A stretch of 64,000 nucleotides of DNA from a virus: positions 1 through 64,000 of the IMG/VR virus record IMGVR_UViG_3300020404_000180, one strand, 5' to 3'. Shown in pieces: positions 41,701-51,600 of this stretch (its first letter is position 1; the number at the start of each line of letters is the position of its first letter). Position numbers and translations under genes: made by a program. The notes beneath the pieces were generated by a model. The model made no database searches. It saw only the letters and a list, made by a program, of their open reading frames with translations, and had not been told where the DNA came from.

Positions 41701-43015
41701 GTCCAGTATCAATCTGTGTGTCACCAAATCTACTTAATGTCTTTGCTGGTTTAGTTGTGGATACAAACTCTCCAGTGCCCTTACCTGTAATATAAACGTA
41801 TGTACCATCGTTAGATGCTACAACACCACGACCAACTGCTTTCTTGTAAGTTACGTTGCCCGCTGCAATAGTTCCTGATGAACTATCAGTATATGTAAAT
41901 GTATTATTGTCTACCTTTGTAATCTGATAGAAGTTATCTGTAGCACCACCACTGATATGGTCTGCATAGATGTAATCGTTAGATACTAAACCATGTGCAG
42001 TACGAGTCAGTGTAACTGTTGTTCCTGCTCTTGCATACGTTCCTGACTGGAAACCATCTTCTAACTGATATGTAACTTCATTAGTGGAGAATGTTCCACT
42101 AGTTCCACCTAGTTTTAATCTTGTTTGTCCTGTGCCATATTTACCTGTAGCACCTTGAACTGCCTGTACACCAATAGAAGCAAAGTAGTTGAAGCAGTTT
42201 AACCACTCAACTCTTATACCATTGGTCATGTATAATCCGACACTACCAGGTGTAATAAATGTACACTCGTTGAATAGTACGGATGCGTTTAATGAATTAG
42301 AGTCTACATTGGCACCATCTAGTTTTGCACCTCTACCAGCATCACCCTGCGAGAATCCATAAGGGTCACTACTAGAAACTACACTACCTTTTGTCGAGAC
42401 TGTAACTCTTTCTACATATGGACTTGTAGTAGAGTCCATTGATGAACCAATAACAAAACCGTATCCAGTGTCAGCACCACTAGCATACAAGAAATCCTTT
42501 AATGTAAAATCGGAGACATGGCAATCTCCATTTAATACTATCGCATTATTACTCTGCGTAGCATTGGTTGGTTTTATAATTGTCGAACGTAAATTAGTAC
42601 CACGAACGGTTACACCGTCAGGTATTGTAATTGGAAATACTTCTTGATATTCGCCAGGTGCAATGACTACAGTATCACCAGAACTACACTTAGTAAGTGC
42701 CTTTGTAATCGTTAGAAATGGTGTATCTGGATGTTTACCATTATTACCACCATTACCTAGCAAGTCATTATCTGAACCTACCGTTGCAACATAAAATGTC
42801 TTACCCTGACCATTTGTAATGTCAGCATTAAGCATCGCAGTGGTGATTTCACCAACTGCGGGTTCAGCGTTAGCGACTTCAACAATATTTGAACCGTCTC
42901 TAACATATATTTTTTTGTCTGCGGTATTTACCGCAACTTCTCCATCAAGGAGTGTCGAAGTCGTCGGAGCTGCTGACGCTGTGCTCGACCTCTTCAGTTT
43001 GATTCTCGTTGCCAT
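35735..43015 (-). CDS. Giant (2426 aa) virion structural protein: Mtd_N-like N-terminus, beta-helix, LamG/ConA-like lectin domain, GxGY beta-repeats, cupredoxin-like domain
   Basis: IKLKRSS...GEVAVNTADKKIY; FYVA..G.D...PFLTITKAL; LamG WTLEAFIRP...WYHVAVSR...GHIDEVRI (about 41110-41740); GAIRFNS..QFEGY..LGGVRDVDQDTYI. Confidence 0.85.
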   Translation of the reverse strand: MATRIKLKRSSTASAAPTTSTLLDGEVAVNTADKKIYVRDGSNIVEVANAEPAVGEITTAMLNADITNGQGKTFYVATVGSDNDLLGNGGNNGKHPDTPFLTITKALTKCSSGDTVVIAPGEYQEVFPITIPDGVTVRGTNLRSTIIKPTNATQSNNAIVLNGDCHVSDFTLKDFLYASGADTGYGFVIGSSMDSTTSPYVERVTVSTKGSVVSSSDPYGFSQGDAGRGAKLDGANVDSNSLNASVLFNECTFITPGSVGLYMTNGIRVEWLNCFNYFASIGVQAVQGATGKYGTGQTRLKLGGTSGTFSTNEVTYQLEDGFQSGTYARAGTTVTLTRTAHGLVSNDYIYADHISGGATDNFYQITKVDNNTFTYTDSSSGTIAAGNVTYKKAVGRGVVASNDGTYVYITGKGTGEFVSTTKPAKTLSRFGDTQIDTGQSKFSGSSIIFDGTQDNLQVPTNADFGFGTANWTLEAFIRPASVTGTQRIFDLRNASATDTAPTVYMDGTALRYAVGNTSQINGGTLSVNTWYHVAVSRSNGVTRLFLDGTELGSSYTDTNNYGDTKPVVIGSNYDTTSPAEAFNGHIDEVRIKKAQGSYSGNFTPTTSEFTSDLFTVLLLHGGGNDATTIFTDSSGGTSDIRSSGGDSATVVTTADYSAFGAEMRSVASACVYGNKGVQADGAGTKLILTAHNFGYVGAGPDFTNDPSLAVQANEVEELNSGKVLYSSTDQDGDFRVGDAFTVDQETGNVQFQATSSAQSAANITLSDETGTTNIYPAYVETGNLRLAGNSLTSTSGKIILDPAGDEDITLNGQVVAPENIYFASNRLASILGTGNSSCAFTVGSYTQAGFSSYGIFSNKNFAINKKALNLTTGLTIVNEGTAYDAGQYNAPLLSNPDQVATATATLAANGSIGVVNVTNEGNGLYIQTPDVTTNITPVTGNVSFIVSLGTGARVASLIIVSGGSGYSSPNLTLSAPPAKAFDANSAISTAANTITFTQSDFVNGDACTYDNNGNSDLNGLVNGNTYYIVNRDTTNNTLQLSATSGGSPISLTAAATPNEIHNLVGITATATATVTSGYISAITITNRGSGYVTGAAPTLTISETGAGITDASITVNLGSEVRSIQTTGTAVFSTTPSLVITANTNDPNGSGAAATVANMTYAVASVTLTGAGYGYSQTPQVSFVGANTNAAVASATLDTELGQVSEITLTSGGEGYSTAPTVQINGGSGSGAQASITVLPFGGNILSGGSGYAVGTYQNVTLNGGTGTGATATLTVAGLSGTITTAGTGGTEGTYQQIDIYPNSPAATYPVTVQNRGLLEFDSTGGITGTAAVGDTATGATSGATATVSYVDSAGQFAYYVISSLANGPFQQGETVNFTSGGSGSLVQAPVETYRYFIDTGSGPQEAPALTFVRGNTYRMDMSDSSNTNHPISFDAITLADTANYAIREYGTPGTAGAFVDFVVLQNAPTSTGTVYYTCTSHGQSMSESSYITITTGAAGVYGVGGQIDVTVGGGGAVTAVAFSTGGQGTGWKAGDVVKVGNSSLIGNTTGFTFTVSANDTSISSVTDIVSSGSGYTVGDVLTVDDADVGSGGGSGFQFTVTKVGYIFSAVLSSGGSAFFQGQDIVFDTTNFNGLGDNGSNFALKANTIDTSEVTTIAADGSLKSAEYGFSETGILTCGSGASTTSTLSNDTLTTGTATLRGDLTGQAGASFSTTLTVGGLTTLNGDLTANGATNFVDNAKVKLQSGTAAAPTLVLASEDTTGFYRSAANEFSFSVAGVQKIRLGAVIDTATPLTVDSLLGATNPYFKVDPATETTVIGTVQSALSINNATEISAVGADQNIDITFTPKGTGNLVLKGGTDILFSVTDGTTEQFSINSLTGDTDIKGNLEVDGALKIQRSTINNSDTGGTSSFGEVVTCTVTGTGSGYTNGSYSSVTSTSNGKGTGATFTVVVSGGAITSVVPTASARGSNYYIGDTITLDSGAIGGGSGNTVTVTDTQGQGLVLKPAGGKSVWVNSTGAFIIPSGTTNQRPSTVDRLAGAIRFNSTQQQFEGYNGNDFVSLGGVRDVDQDTYILTESSPNADEDTFEFFAQGVNCLSLDKDKFTLKNAKQFDVPGTAIFNGTAAGNPFSVTFQGANIASFRSKKDFEVANGLRLRGVPTQGTIATIGTETSSTGAYGVSQTYNGVVSTGQFEGTGATFNVTTNGSGNIDQINIATGGSNYETGEIITIGGDLLGGATPANDVTFPVTALSSTKSPFARLDVIQQDYVTQLDSKPFVSLDANGAQAAWKINRGWNGGTESYLTVFDSTADFVELDDCRVEGGQLTSFTANTAITQFNKTTFKGAKTLVTIESNDGKVHMLEITSICAAAGTTAHATVTNSVTSDNDLVDASIAVAGTNVNITLTKSSAATSSTSFTGRFTTTKVKV

Positions 43016-43160
43016 CTAAAGCAGTCTCATTAGGATTTTGTTCGGTTATAGTATTTAACTGTGCTTGCAAATCAGCGATTTGAGCTTCCAGCATCACATT
43101 TGTTAAAGTCAGGTCAGAGATTTTTTTCTGTAATGTGTTAATAACAATTTGTACGTTCAT
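42945..43160 (-). CDS. Small acidic coiled-coil protein
   Basis: LQKKISDLTLTNVMLEAQIADLQAQL; fills the gap; overlaps the downstream gene by 71 nt. Confidence 0.7.
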   Translation of the reverse strand: MNVQIVINTLQKKISDLTLTNVMLEAQIADLQAQLNTITEQNPNETALDGNENQTEEVEHSVSSSDDFDTP

Positions 43161-43173
43161 GTTTAATTAAGGA

Positions 43174-44850
43174 TCAAAATGTTCCACCATCGAGGGTATT
43201 ACTCCATACAGGTACGCCAGCCGCTGTGACTGTTAATACTTGGAATGAAGTTGTAGCATCATCGCCTGTGCCAGGTGATGCCATGTTAGCAGCAGAGGTT
43301 ACTTGTAATGCACCAGCGTTGTTTCCGTATACAATACCGTTTTGTACAAATTGACTTGCACCTGTACCACCGAATTGTACTTCTAAGTCAGTATCTAACT
43401 CAAGGTCACCTAGTACAACTGTACCACGGTTACCATTTACTCCGAAAACTGTTCCTGTATCGGTTGCATCTTCAATGAATGTCCATGCACCGTTACCATC
43501 TGCACCTCCAGTTCTATCATAACCGAAGAATCCAAATTTAGCAGCAGCACCAGTGTAGTAGTGAACTTTAACACCACGGTCAAGTGCGTCGTTGCTTGAT
43601 CTTGTTACGGTTAATTGAGTACCAGATGCAATGATTGCATTAGTTGCTTGTGATAATGTAAGTGTCTTAGTACCAGTGTTGATACTTGAAATTGTTGTGC
43701 CACCAGCGATTCCAGATGCAGCAGTGATTGCGTCTCCTGCAGCAATTCCTGTAACCTTGTCAACAACGATTGTAGTTGAACCACTAGAAGTAGAACCATC
43801 AGATGATAATACTGTTGTTGGGTCTCCTAATTCGATTGTTGGGTCGTTAACAGACATTGATGCACTGTTAACAGTTGTGGTTGTACCATCAATTTGTAGA
43901 TCACCTTTAATAATAACTAGACCTTCTGCGTCTCCCCCAGCTGGAAATGGGTCAATAATCATCTCTGTACCAGAGGTAGTAGAGATTACATTACCGTCCA
44001 GTTTCAAACTGTCGATTGTGAATTGTCCTGTTTGAGCAATATCAGCATTGATATTGGTCGTTCCGTTGAATGTGACGCCATTAGAAAATACAGTGGTAGA
44101 GTTAACAGTCAGACTGTCGCCACCCGCATCACCAACTGTAGCATCTCCTTCAACGAGAAGAGACCCAACAGAAGCTTTGCCAGCGATACCCGCTCCACCA
44201 ACGACTTGTAATGCCCCAGATGTGCTATTTGTTGAAGCAGTAGTATCGGAAATTTTAATGGAAACTCCATTATCGTACTCCCAATCTGCTCCATCTACTC
44301 TTACTTTGTCTAGAGTAGTTTCATCATAACGAATGCCACCGTCTTTATTAGTACCGAAGTACAAACGCATGTCATCTTGGATACGTAAATCAGGAGAACC
44401 AGCTGCTCTCTTGATGTCCAATGCTGCATCACCGTCTGTAAAGACTAGTTCTACATCACCAGTTGTACCAAACTCAAGTTCTTGCCCGTCTTCTATGACG
44501 AGTTTTCCAGTGCCATTGGCACGGAAGATCAAGTCTGCGTCAGTGGTCGAGGTTGTTATGACATTTGCATTAAGAGTAATGTCGTCAACGTTCCACTGAT
44601 CTATTTTTGAATTACTGTCAACTATGACAGATGAGTCAGCTGTAAGTGTCCCATGAACATGGTCTAGCATGTCCATAAAATATCTACCACCTACAACCTG
44701 TGCAGCACCGTTATTGTCCCCTATGAACAAACGGTCACCACTATTTGCTTGCGTTCCGTTCGCACCAGTCGTAATGGCTAATTCACCAAAGGTAATTGTG
44801 CCTGGTGCAACAGAACCCGTACTCCTTTTAATTAGGATATTTGATGCCAT
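43174..44850 (-). CDS. Tail-fibre-like structural protein with Mtd_N-like N-terminus
   Basis: ILIKRSTG...FGELA...RLFIG; GDLQIDGTTTTVNS...DPTIELG; C-terminal LDGGTF. Confidence 0.8.
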   Translation of the reverse strand: MASNILIKRSTGSVAPGTITFGELAITTGANGTQANSGDRLFIGDNNGAAQVVGGRYFMDMLDHVHGTLTADSSVIVDSNSKIDQWNVDDITLNANVITTSTTDADLIFRANGTGKLVIEDGQELEFGTTGDVELVFTDGDAALDIKRAAGSPDLRIQDDMRLYFGTNKDGGIRYDETTLDKVRVDGADWEYDNGVSIKISDTTASTNSTSGALQVVGGAGIAGKASVGSLLVEGDATVGDAGGDSLTVNSTTVFSNGVTFNGTTNINADIAQTGQFTIDSLKLDGNVISTTSGTEMIIDPFPAGGDAEGLVIIKGDLQIDGTTTTVNSASMSVNDPTIELGDPTTVLSSDGSTSSGSTTIVVDKVTGIAAGDAITAASGIAGGTTISSINTGTKTLTLSQATNAIIASGTQLTVTRSSNDALDRGVKVHYYTGAAAKFGFFGYDRTGGADGNGAWTFIEDATDTGTVFGVNGNRGTVVLGDLELDTDLEVQFGGTGASQFVQNGIVYGNNAGALQVTSAANMASPGTGDDATTSFQVLTVTAAGVPVWSNTLDGGTF

Positions 44851-45071
44851 TAGAAGCTACCTCCATTAATTGTTACGTTGCTCAAAACGTTTGTTGCTAC
44901 AAATTTTGTATTAGTCCCGTCATATACAAGAATAGATCCATTCGCTAATCCACCTTGCGATGTATCCGTCAAATCTACGTCTGACAGACCTCCTAGTGAA
45001 CCACCACCGCCACCAGCAGCGACACGTGTAACTTTTGGAACCGATTGATCCCCGAATCTTAACCTTGCCAT
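44850..45071 (-). CDS. Small fibre-associated structural protein
   Basis: LGGLSDVD...GSILVYD...INGGSF; start/stop overlaps on both sides. Confidence 0.75.
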   Translation of the reverse strand: MARLRFGDQSVPKVTRVAAGGGGGSLGGLSDVDLTDTSQGGLANGSILVYDGTNTKFVATNVLSNVTINGGSF

Positions 45072-45409
45072 TAGAGTGTTACTCCTTCAAGTACGCTTAC
45101 AGAACCTTCTAATACTCTGGTTTTTTGACCAGTAGTAGAAGTAATAACGACATCATATACATATCTCCCTGCCTTCATTGCAGTCGTAACAGAGTTACCA
45201 AGAGATAATTGGATTTGTCCAGAAGTAGCTGGTGACAATATTGCACCTGTTACTGTTGTGGACGTACTACTTGTGTAGTGTTTTTTTATCTTACATGCAA
45301 CTGTGTAACCAGACAGGTCAAACAACGTACCGTTATCATTCTCGATTGTGAAATCGGTAACAAAATCAGCACCCTGATAAATTATTAAATTTGATATAGC
45401 AGATGCCAT
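45071..45409 (-). CDS. BppU-like / adaptor structural protein (112 aa)
   Basis: NLIIYQGADF...DLSGYT...GQIQLSL...AGRYVYDVVI...RVLEG. Confidence 0.8.
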   Translation of the reverse strand: MASAISNLIIYQGADFVTDFTIENDNGTLFDLSGYTVACKIKKHYTSSTSTTVTGAILSPATSGQIQLSLGNSVTTAMKAGRYVYDVVITSTTGQKTRVLEGSVSVLEGVTL

Positions 45410-45430
45410 AAGACAATAGTATTCCTATAT

Positions 45431-45453
45431 TATTTAGCTTAGGATTATTTATG
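45431..45453 (-). promoter_or_regulatory. Tandem late promoter boxes CATAAATA (45446-53) and CTAAATA (45431-37)
   Basis: + strand tatttatg and tatttag upstream of ATG 45409. Confidence 0.6.
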
Positions 45454-45657
45454 GTCTTTGGACACTAACCCCCTTACTATTTCTTTAAGTTCATCAAGTT
45501 CTGCTTTCACTTCTTCTAACTCTCTATCCTTCTTCTTTGCAGCAGCACGTGCTTTCTTATACGCCTCATACCCAGTAGAGTCCGTATTCACTATCGCATT
45601 AGACTTTGGGTCTCTACCTAGAGTAGTATGACCCTCTACAGGAATTAACTCCGTCAT
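45445..45657 (-). CDS. Small hypothetical protein with coiled-coil C-terminus
   Basis: PVEGH..LGRDPKSNAIVNTD..YEAY; ATGA overlap with the upstream gene. Confidence 0.8.
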   Translation of the reverse strand: MTELIPVEGHTTLGRDPKSNAIVNTDSTGYEAYKKARAAAKKKDRELEEVKAELDELKEIVRGLVSKDHK

Positions 45658-48600
45658 GCTAGAGCAATTCCTCTAAAGTCTCTAACTCTAGGTATGTATG
45701 GTTGGTCATAACCGAGTAGACTGATTTTAATTTGGAATCCATCAAACTCATCTGTATCCTCTACGGTATACTCATAATCTGTAAATGTTTCCAAATCATT
45801 CTGTGGAATTAATCTTCCGATGTCTGGTACACCTGTACTATTAAAGTATCTAAATTCTAGTTCATCTAGGTTTCCAGCAAAACCAACAGGAACCAACTTA
45901 AACATCACGACAATCTTAGACTGTTCAAAGGTATTTGCAGCAAGCATAACCTTAAGTCCAGTAGCACTCTTCTCTAGTTGTGCAACCTTAGTGATGTAGT
46001 TACCCGCACACTCTCCACCGATACCAGCAGTAGGTTCGATGTTGTTGTATTGGTTAGCATGTGTAATGATTGAACATCTAGTCAAATCAATTACAGGTGA
46101 TAAGTGTGATACCTCAGATGAGAGGTTCAACTCCATAGTAAATGACTTGGTGCTGTTCATTCTGTTGATTTCATTCAATTCATTGGCAATCACCTTAGTA
46201 TTAGTGAAGTAGTTCTCTTCTCCAATAGTGATGTCCTCATATATTGTATCTTTAATGAATGATGTCTCTGCAGTCGTTCCAGCAGGGAAAGGTCCGCAAG
46301 AGGTTCCAGATGTTCCTAGTGCTCTAGCAACCATGCTAGTTCTAGGTTCTAGTTGACTCTGTATCTGTGGTGTAAGAGCATCCCATGGAACGTTCTGTGA
46401 TACAACCACGTTTGTACCACCACCAGTAATACCAGATGTGGCAGTCTTATTTGTAATCTTAAGATTATAACTATGAGGACTGTTGAGTGATATAAGTCCA
46501 CCAGTTGTAGAATTATGAGTCGTATTGATTAATGTAAGAGGTATGCCATCAAAGTTATAGCATTCTACTACTGCGTTGTTTGCATGTGCAAATCCAGTAC
46601 CAGAACCTGATGTACCATTGTGGTTTCTACCAGATGAGTTGATTGTGATAACGTTACCACTAATACCTTCGTATGCAATTATCTCATCGCCACTACCGTC
46701 TTCTTGTGTACCACGTATTCTGATGAATCCTAAGTTAGATGAACTAACAGCAGAACCACCGATTGTTGTATGGAACTGAGAAGCATCTGTGACAGTCAAT
46801 GATGTAGATGTAGTATCAAATCCACCACCCATGTTTATTGTGGTGTCTGCTACCTCAGAGATAACTCCTGACATCTTGACATAGTTTAGTCCAGACTGCA
46901 TACCATGATTACTATGGAATACTCTAATTTCATCACTACCTGAAGTTGTCCTTAGTGTATTAGGTGCAAGGTTCAGGAATCCACCATTTTGCTCACCAAG
47001 TTGTGCGTTCTCTAGCATAAGTCTACTAGGTGCTGCTGTCGTTGGTAGTGTAAAGTCTGCTCTGTAAATCTTGAACATCAAGTCTTCATACTGTGATGGT
47101 GTCCAAGTAGATGCGTTCTGTGACTTGAATAGTACACCGATGTATGGTTGCTCAGAAATTTTCTCTCCCTGATGTGCTGCATCAATAGCATCCTTACCTA
47201 GTAATGATATGAATACCTTATACTGATTAGAGTCTGATGTTAATATCATCGCATGCTCTGTTCTGTATGGTATGAATACAGGTGCTTTAAATGTGAACGT
47301 TGTGGGTTTGGACGCATCTGATGATGTGAATACGTCTGCTGCCTGTTTAACTACCTTAGAGAAAGGTAGAATTGTTTGTGTAGGTGTACCGTTTTCTACA
47401 GTTCTGATGTCTAGTGCTACAGGAATCTCTTCATCCTTAGTAAAGAAGAATAGGTCAATCTTAGTTAAGAATACACCACCTTCTAGAGAAGAATCTTCGA
47501 TAAGGAAGGTTTGTGCTAATGGGTCACAGTATCTTGTTTCATTTACTGATGTAGATGATACATTGACTAATGTTCTTGCATCAAACTGGTCTTCCGATGT
47601 AACTCTTGCATTTCTTACAGAGATGATTGTCTCTTGAGTTGTCTGTAAAAGACCTGATGATACAAATTCTGCTTCACCATTACTATCTGATACACCAACA
47701 GTTCTGTTATTGGTTTCTGAATCAGTTAGTCTGAATAGTTTTGTACCTGTCTTAAATTTAAGATTACCAGCAGTGTTAGGTGCATCTATAAAGAATGAAC
47801 CTCTAAGATTACCTTGCTTGTCAGTAATCATATCTTTGTTAGATACTTTTGCTACTGCACCACTAGTTTCTCCTACTAAGTAGTCGTTTAATTTGGGAGA
47901 ACCATAGTAACTACCTTTAACTTGGTCTGCAAGTGACTTAGTATCAATGTTGATAAACCCTAGGTTAGATGTATAGTCATTTGTAGCACTAATATCTGTA
48001 CCATCAAGAGGGTTGATTTGCATGTTCTCATTAGGTGCTGCAACTCTTGCTTTGAATCTAAACTTACCGTTGCTCTTCTTGACATGTACAGTCTCACCAA
48101 TCTGGAAAGGTATACTGTTTGTTTGTGCATCACTAGATGGGTCTTTAATCAATCCCATTATCTTAGGAGTGATAAGTTTCTTAGGTAATGCGATACCATC
48201 AAAGAAAGCAAAGAATTTTGTTCTTGGTTTTAGTTTCTGACAAGTAAACTCAATATTTCTAGAACGCATAAATTGGATATGCTCTACAGATACAACTCTA
48301 CTTCCTAGTGACTGCTGTTCAATAACAGGAGTAACTCTGTACCTTATACCTGTCCTTGTTTGCTTTGTAGTAGTTGTTGTAGTAGTGGTAATAGTTCTGT
48401 CACGTCTGTTTCTTCTCTTACCATGTCTTCTCCATGCACCAACTTGTCTTGTGGTGTTTGAACCAGTCCATGTTGTCTTCCATGAGTTCCACTGTATAGG
48501 TGAGAATCCATTTTGGTCTGCATTGTATTCTCTAACTGTAGTTAAGAAGTTACCTTCTACAACAGGACCTTGAAGAGGATTGAGTGATGTTGTATCAATC

Positions 48601-51600
48601 CAGTTATCTGACTCAGGATACAACTCAATGTCACCAACATAAGTGAAGACGTTAAATGGGTTAACGTTCTCTACTGCTGATGCATATGGTTGGTCAATAA
48701 GAACCTCTGATGTGTAAGGCAGTGTTATGATGTCATCTGTCTGTTGTACATTCTGTGACGCTGTACTATATGATAGAGGGACTTGTGTTGTGTAGTGTGC
48801 TGGTCTTAAATAACCTTCTTCAAAATCTGTAGATACTCTGTAATCAGGATGTAATGTATCTGCAGTAGCAAGACTTGCAAAGTTATCAACTATAAAACCA
48901 TTTTTGAATCTGCTAAGACCACTAGTGTCTCTAATCTCCATGCTTGCTGTCTCGCCTTCAAGCAATGATAGTTGTGTATAGTATTCTAATGTCTTAATTC
49001 TATCTTCTAGATATTGGATATCACGGAAGGTATATCTCTTGTAATTTGTCTCCTCAATACTGACATCTTGTTCTACATCAAAAACGTATGCATTATATGT
49101 CAAGGTAGCAAGTAGCATTGCATCCTCAATATCTTCTGGAGCTTGAGGTCTAGTAGATGGAGCACCCTTTACTATTTGTATAACGCTATCTCTACTCATA
49201 AAGATTTTATCAATACGAGGTAGGTAGTATTGTAGACTAAGAATAGTGCTATCACCAAGACCAGGCAATCCAGTTTCGTTTCCTGTAAATGCTCTGTTGT
49301 TAAAATCAAAATACTTAGTTCCACTAAGTGTAAATGGTGATGCTTGAGAACCAGAACCTGTCAATGACTCAGGAACTATTGGTCTATAGTCAATTACATC
49401 TCTAAGTTCTACGTTAGTGTAAGATGGTATAATTTTATACTCTGATGTAGGGTATGAGTCTACTGTATAAGGACTTGTACCATTAGTTGTAAGGAATCTA
49501 TCGAAGATAACAATTATCTTATGTGTAGGAGGAGCGAATCCTGCTTTTCTTACAATTCTAGAATAATCATAGAACTGGTCTCTCTGACCATCATCTAAAT
49601 CAAATGAACTTGTTATATCTGTAGAACCTTTTGTAATACCACCAGTAGAAATCTTTAATGTTGCATTAGGTGCAGTGATTGTCTCACCTTCTGTAAACTG
49701 GTCATCTTCTATGGGTACGAAATACACATAGTTACTTGTAGTAGAAACTATCCTTGCTCTAGAACCAGAACTGTCACCTGTGATGACGTCATCTATTGCT
49801 AGAGTTCCAAGTAAGTTTGTGTATTGGAAATTAGGAATGATTGGGTCATTGCTATCCTTAGACTCATAGATTGCCTTAATTTTAAATACATCACCAGTTC
49901 CTAGTGAGATAGAAGTGTCATCTACTCTAGTACCAAAACCACCAGCAACAGTAGTTAAACCATTTACAGCACTACCTGTAGTGTCATCTATTTTAAGAAC
50001 CTTCATGCGTTCTGTGGTCTTTGCTTTTGCTGACCTATCAGATGAGTAGACTGTACCAATAATTGTTATGGTGTCAGAACCACCTGTATTAGAAAGTCCT
50101 GTTAGTGCAATGGTCTGTGTATTTGCACTTGTACCACTTATACTAAAACCATTACCAGATGATAGTACATCTCCATCTCCAGAACCAGATGTAATGATAA
50201 CTTGGAAGTCATCGTTATCTGCACCGTTCTTCCATAGTAATCCAGCACCAGCATTTGCAGATGCTTCACCACTACCATTAACAGTTGTGTTTACACTGAT
50301 TCTAAAGAATCCTGCAGGATTCTGTGTGTTGTTATTATTTGTATTCTTAACAGCATTGAAACCAAGAGGAGTTATTAATCTCTTCTTGTTTGCTTCTTTG
50401 AGTTCTGGACGTGTTCTAATAACAGGACTTGTAAGTGCACCGTTAGCAATGTTGTTTGATGTTAGAGATGCAATTGTAAAACTAAAGTTATTAGTTACTG
50501 CAGTAATCGTTGCTTTGTGTACTAAGTCATTGTTTGAGAATTCTATGATGTCTCCTATTCTCAATTGAGACGCAAAGTTAGACAACGTAGATGTGATTGT
50601 TCCTGTAGCACTTGTACCAGTTCCTGATACACCACTAAGAATAGGACCTGAGCCAGGCAATGCTACCTTAACATCTAATACAGCATCTGCTGTACCACCA
50701 GTTCCAAATGCATATGATTTTACATCACCGAAACCATATTTTCTTACACCACCCGAAGCCACCGTAGCAAATGTACTACCGCTTGCATTGTTTGTTTTTA
50801 GAACCTCTCCTGCAACAAACTCTCCATTGGTTTCGTAGAGATATCCAGTAGTACCACTACCGCTTACAACAAAACCTACAGCACCAGATGTTGCACCGAA
50901 TAGTAAGTTACCCGCTGTCCATGTGACACTTCCTGTTGTAACAATTTTTACATAGAATTGTGTATCTATGATATTGGTACGATATAATGTAGTCTGATTA
51001 TTAAGTGCACCAGATTCGTAAGTAAAGTTGATTGCTCTTGTCACACCAATAACATTACCAGCAGCAACGCCAGGTGTAGATGTCAATGTATCTCTAAGTT
51101 CAACTGTCTCATACATCGTAGGTGCTTGATGCTGATTAGTTGTAAATATAAAGTTACCAAAGTCTGATGTTAGAGACTGATTTGATTGTGTATCAAATGT
51201 ACGTGGTTTGTCTACGTCTGTATAAGTTGTAGATAATCTTTCAGTTCTATATCCTTGAACGTAAGCACAACCAGATGATAGTTGTACAGACATGTTCTCC
51301 TCTGATGGAGCAACACCACTTGATGTTAATTCTGTAGATGCATAGACACCGTTATTGAATCCGTCGTCTAAGTTTTCTCTAGCATCAACTTTAAATTTCT
51401 TGACGTAGTAGTTACCAGATTCTTCTTTTGTTCTGGTTGCAAGTATATCATTAATAAAACTAAGGTCACTACGTTCAACCCTCTTCTCAATATTACCAAT
51501 GTTAGTTCTAAGAAGTTCTATAAAGTCAGCAGAGTTAGGTGCTGTTAATATCTTCTTGACTAATGTAAGATTAATCTTAAACCTGTCTGCACCTGGTGCA

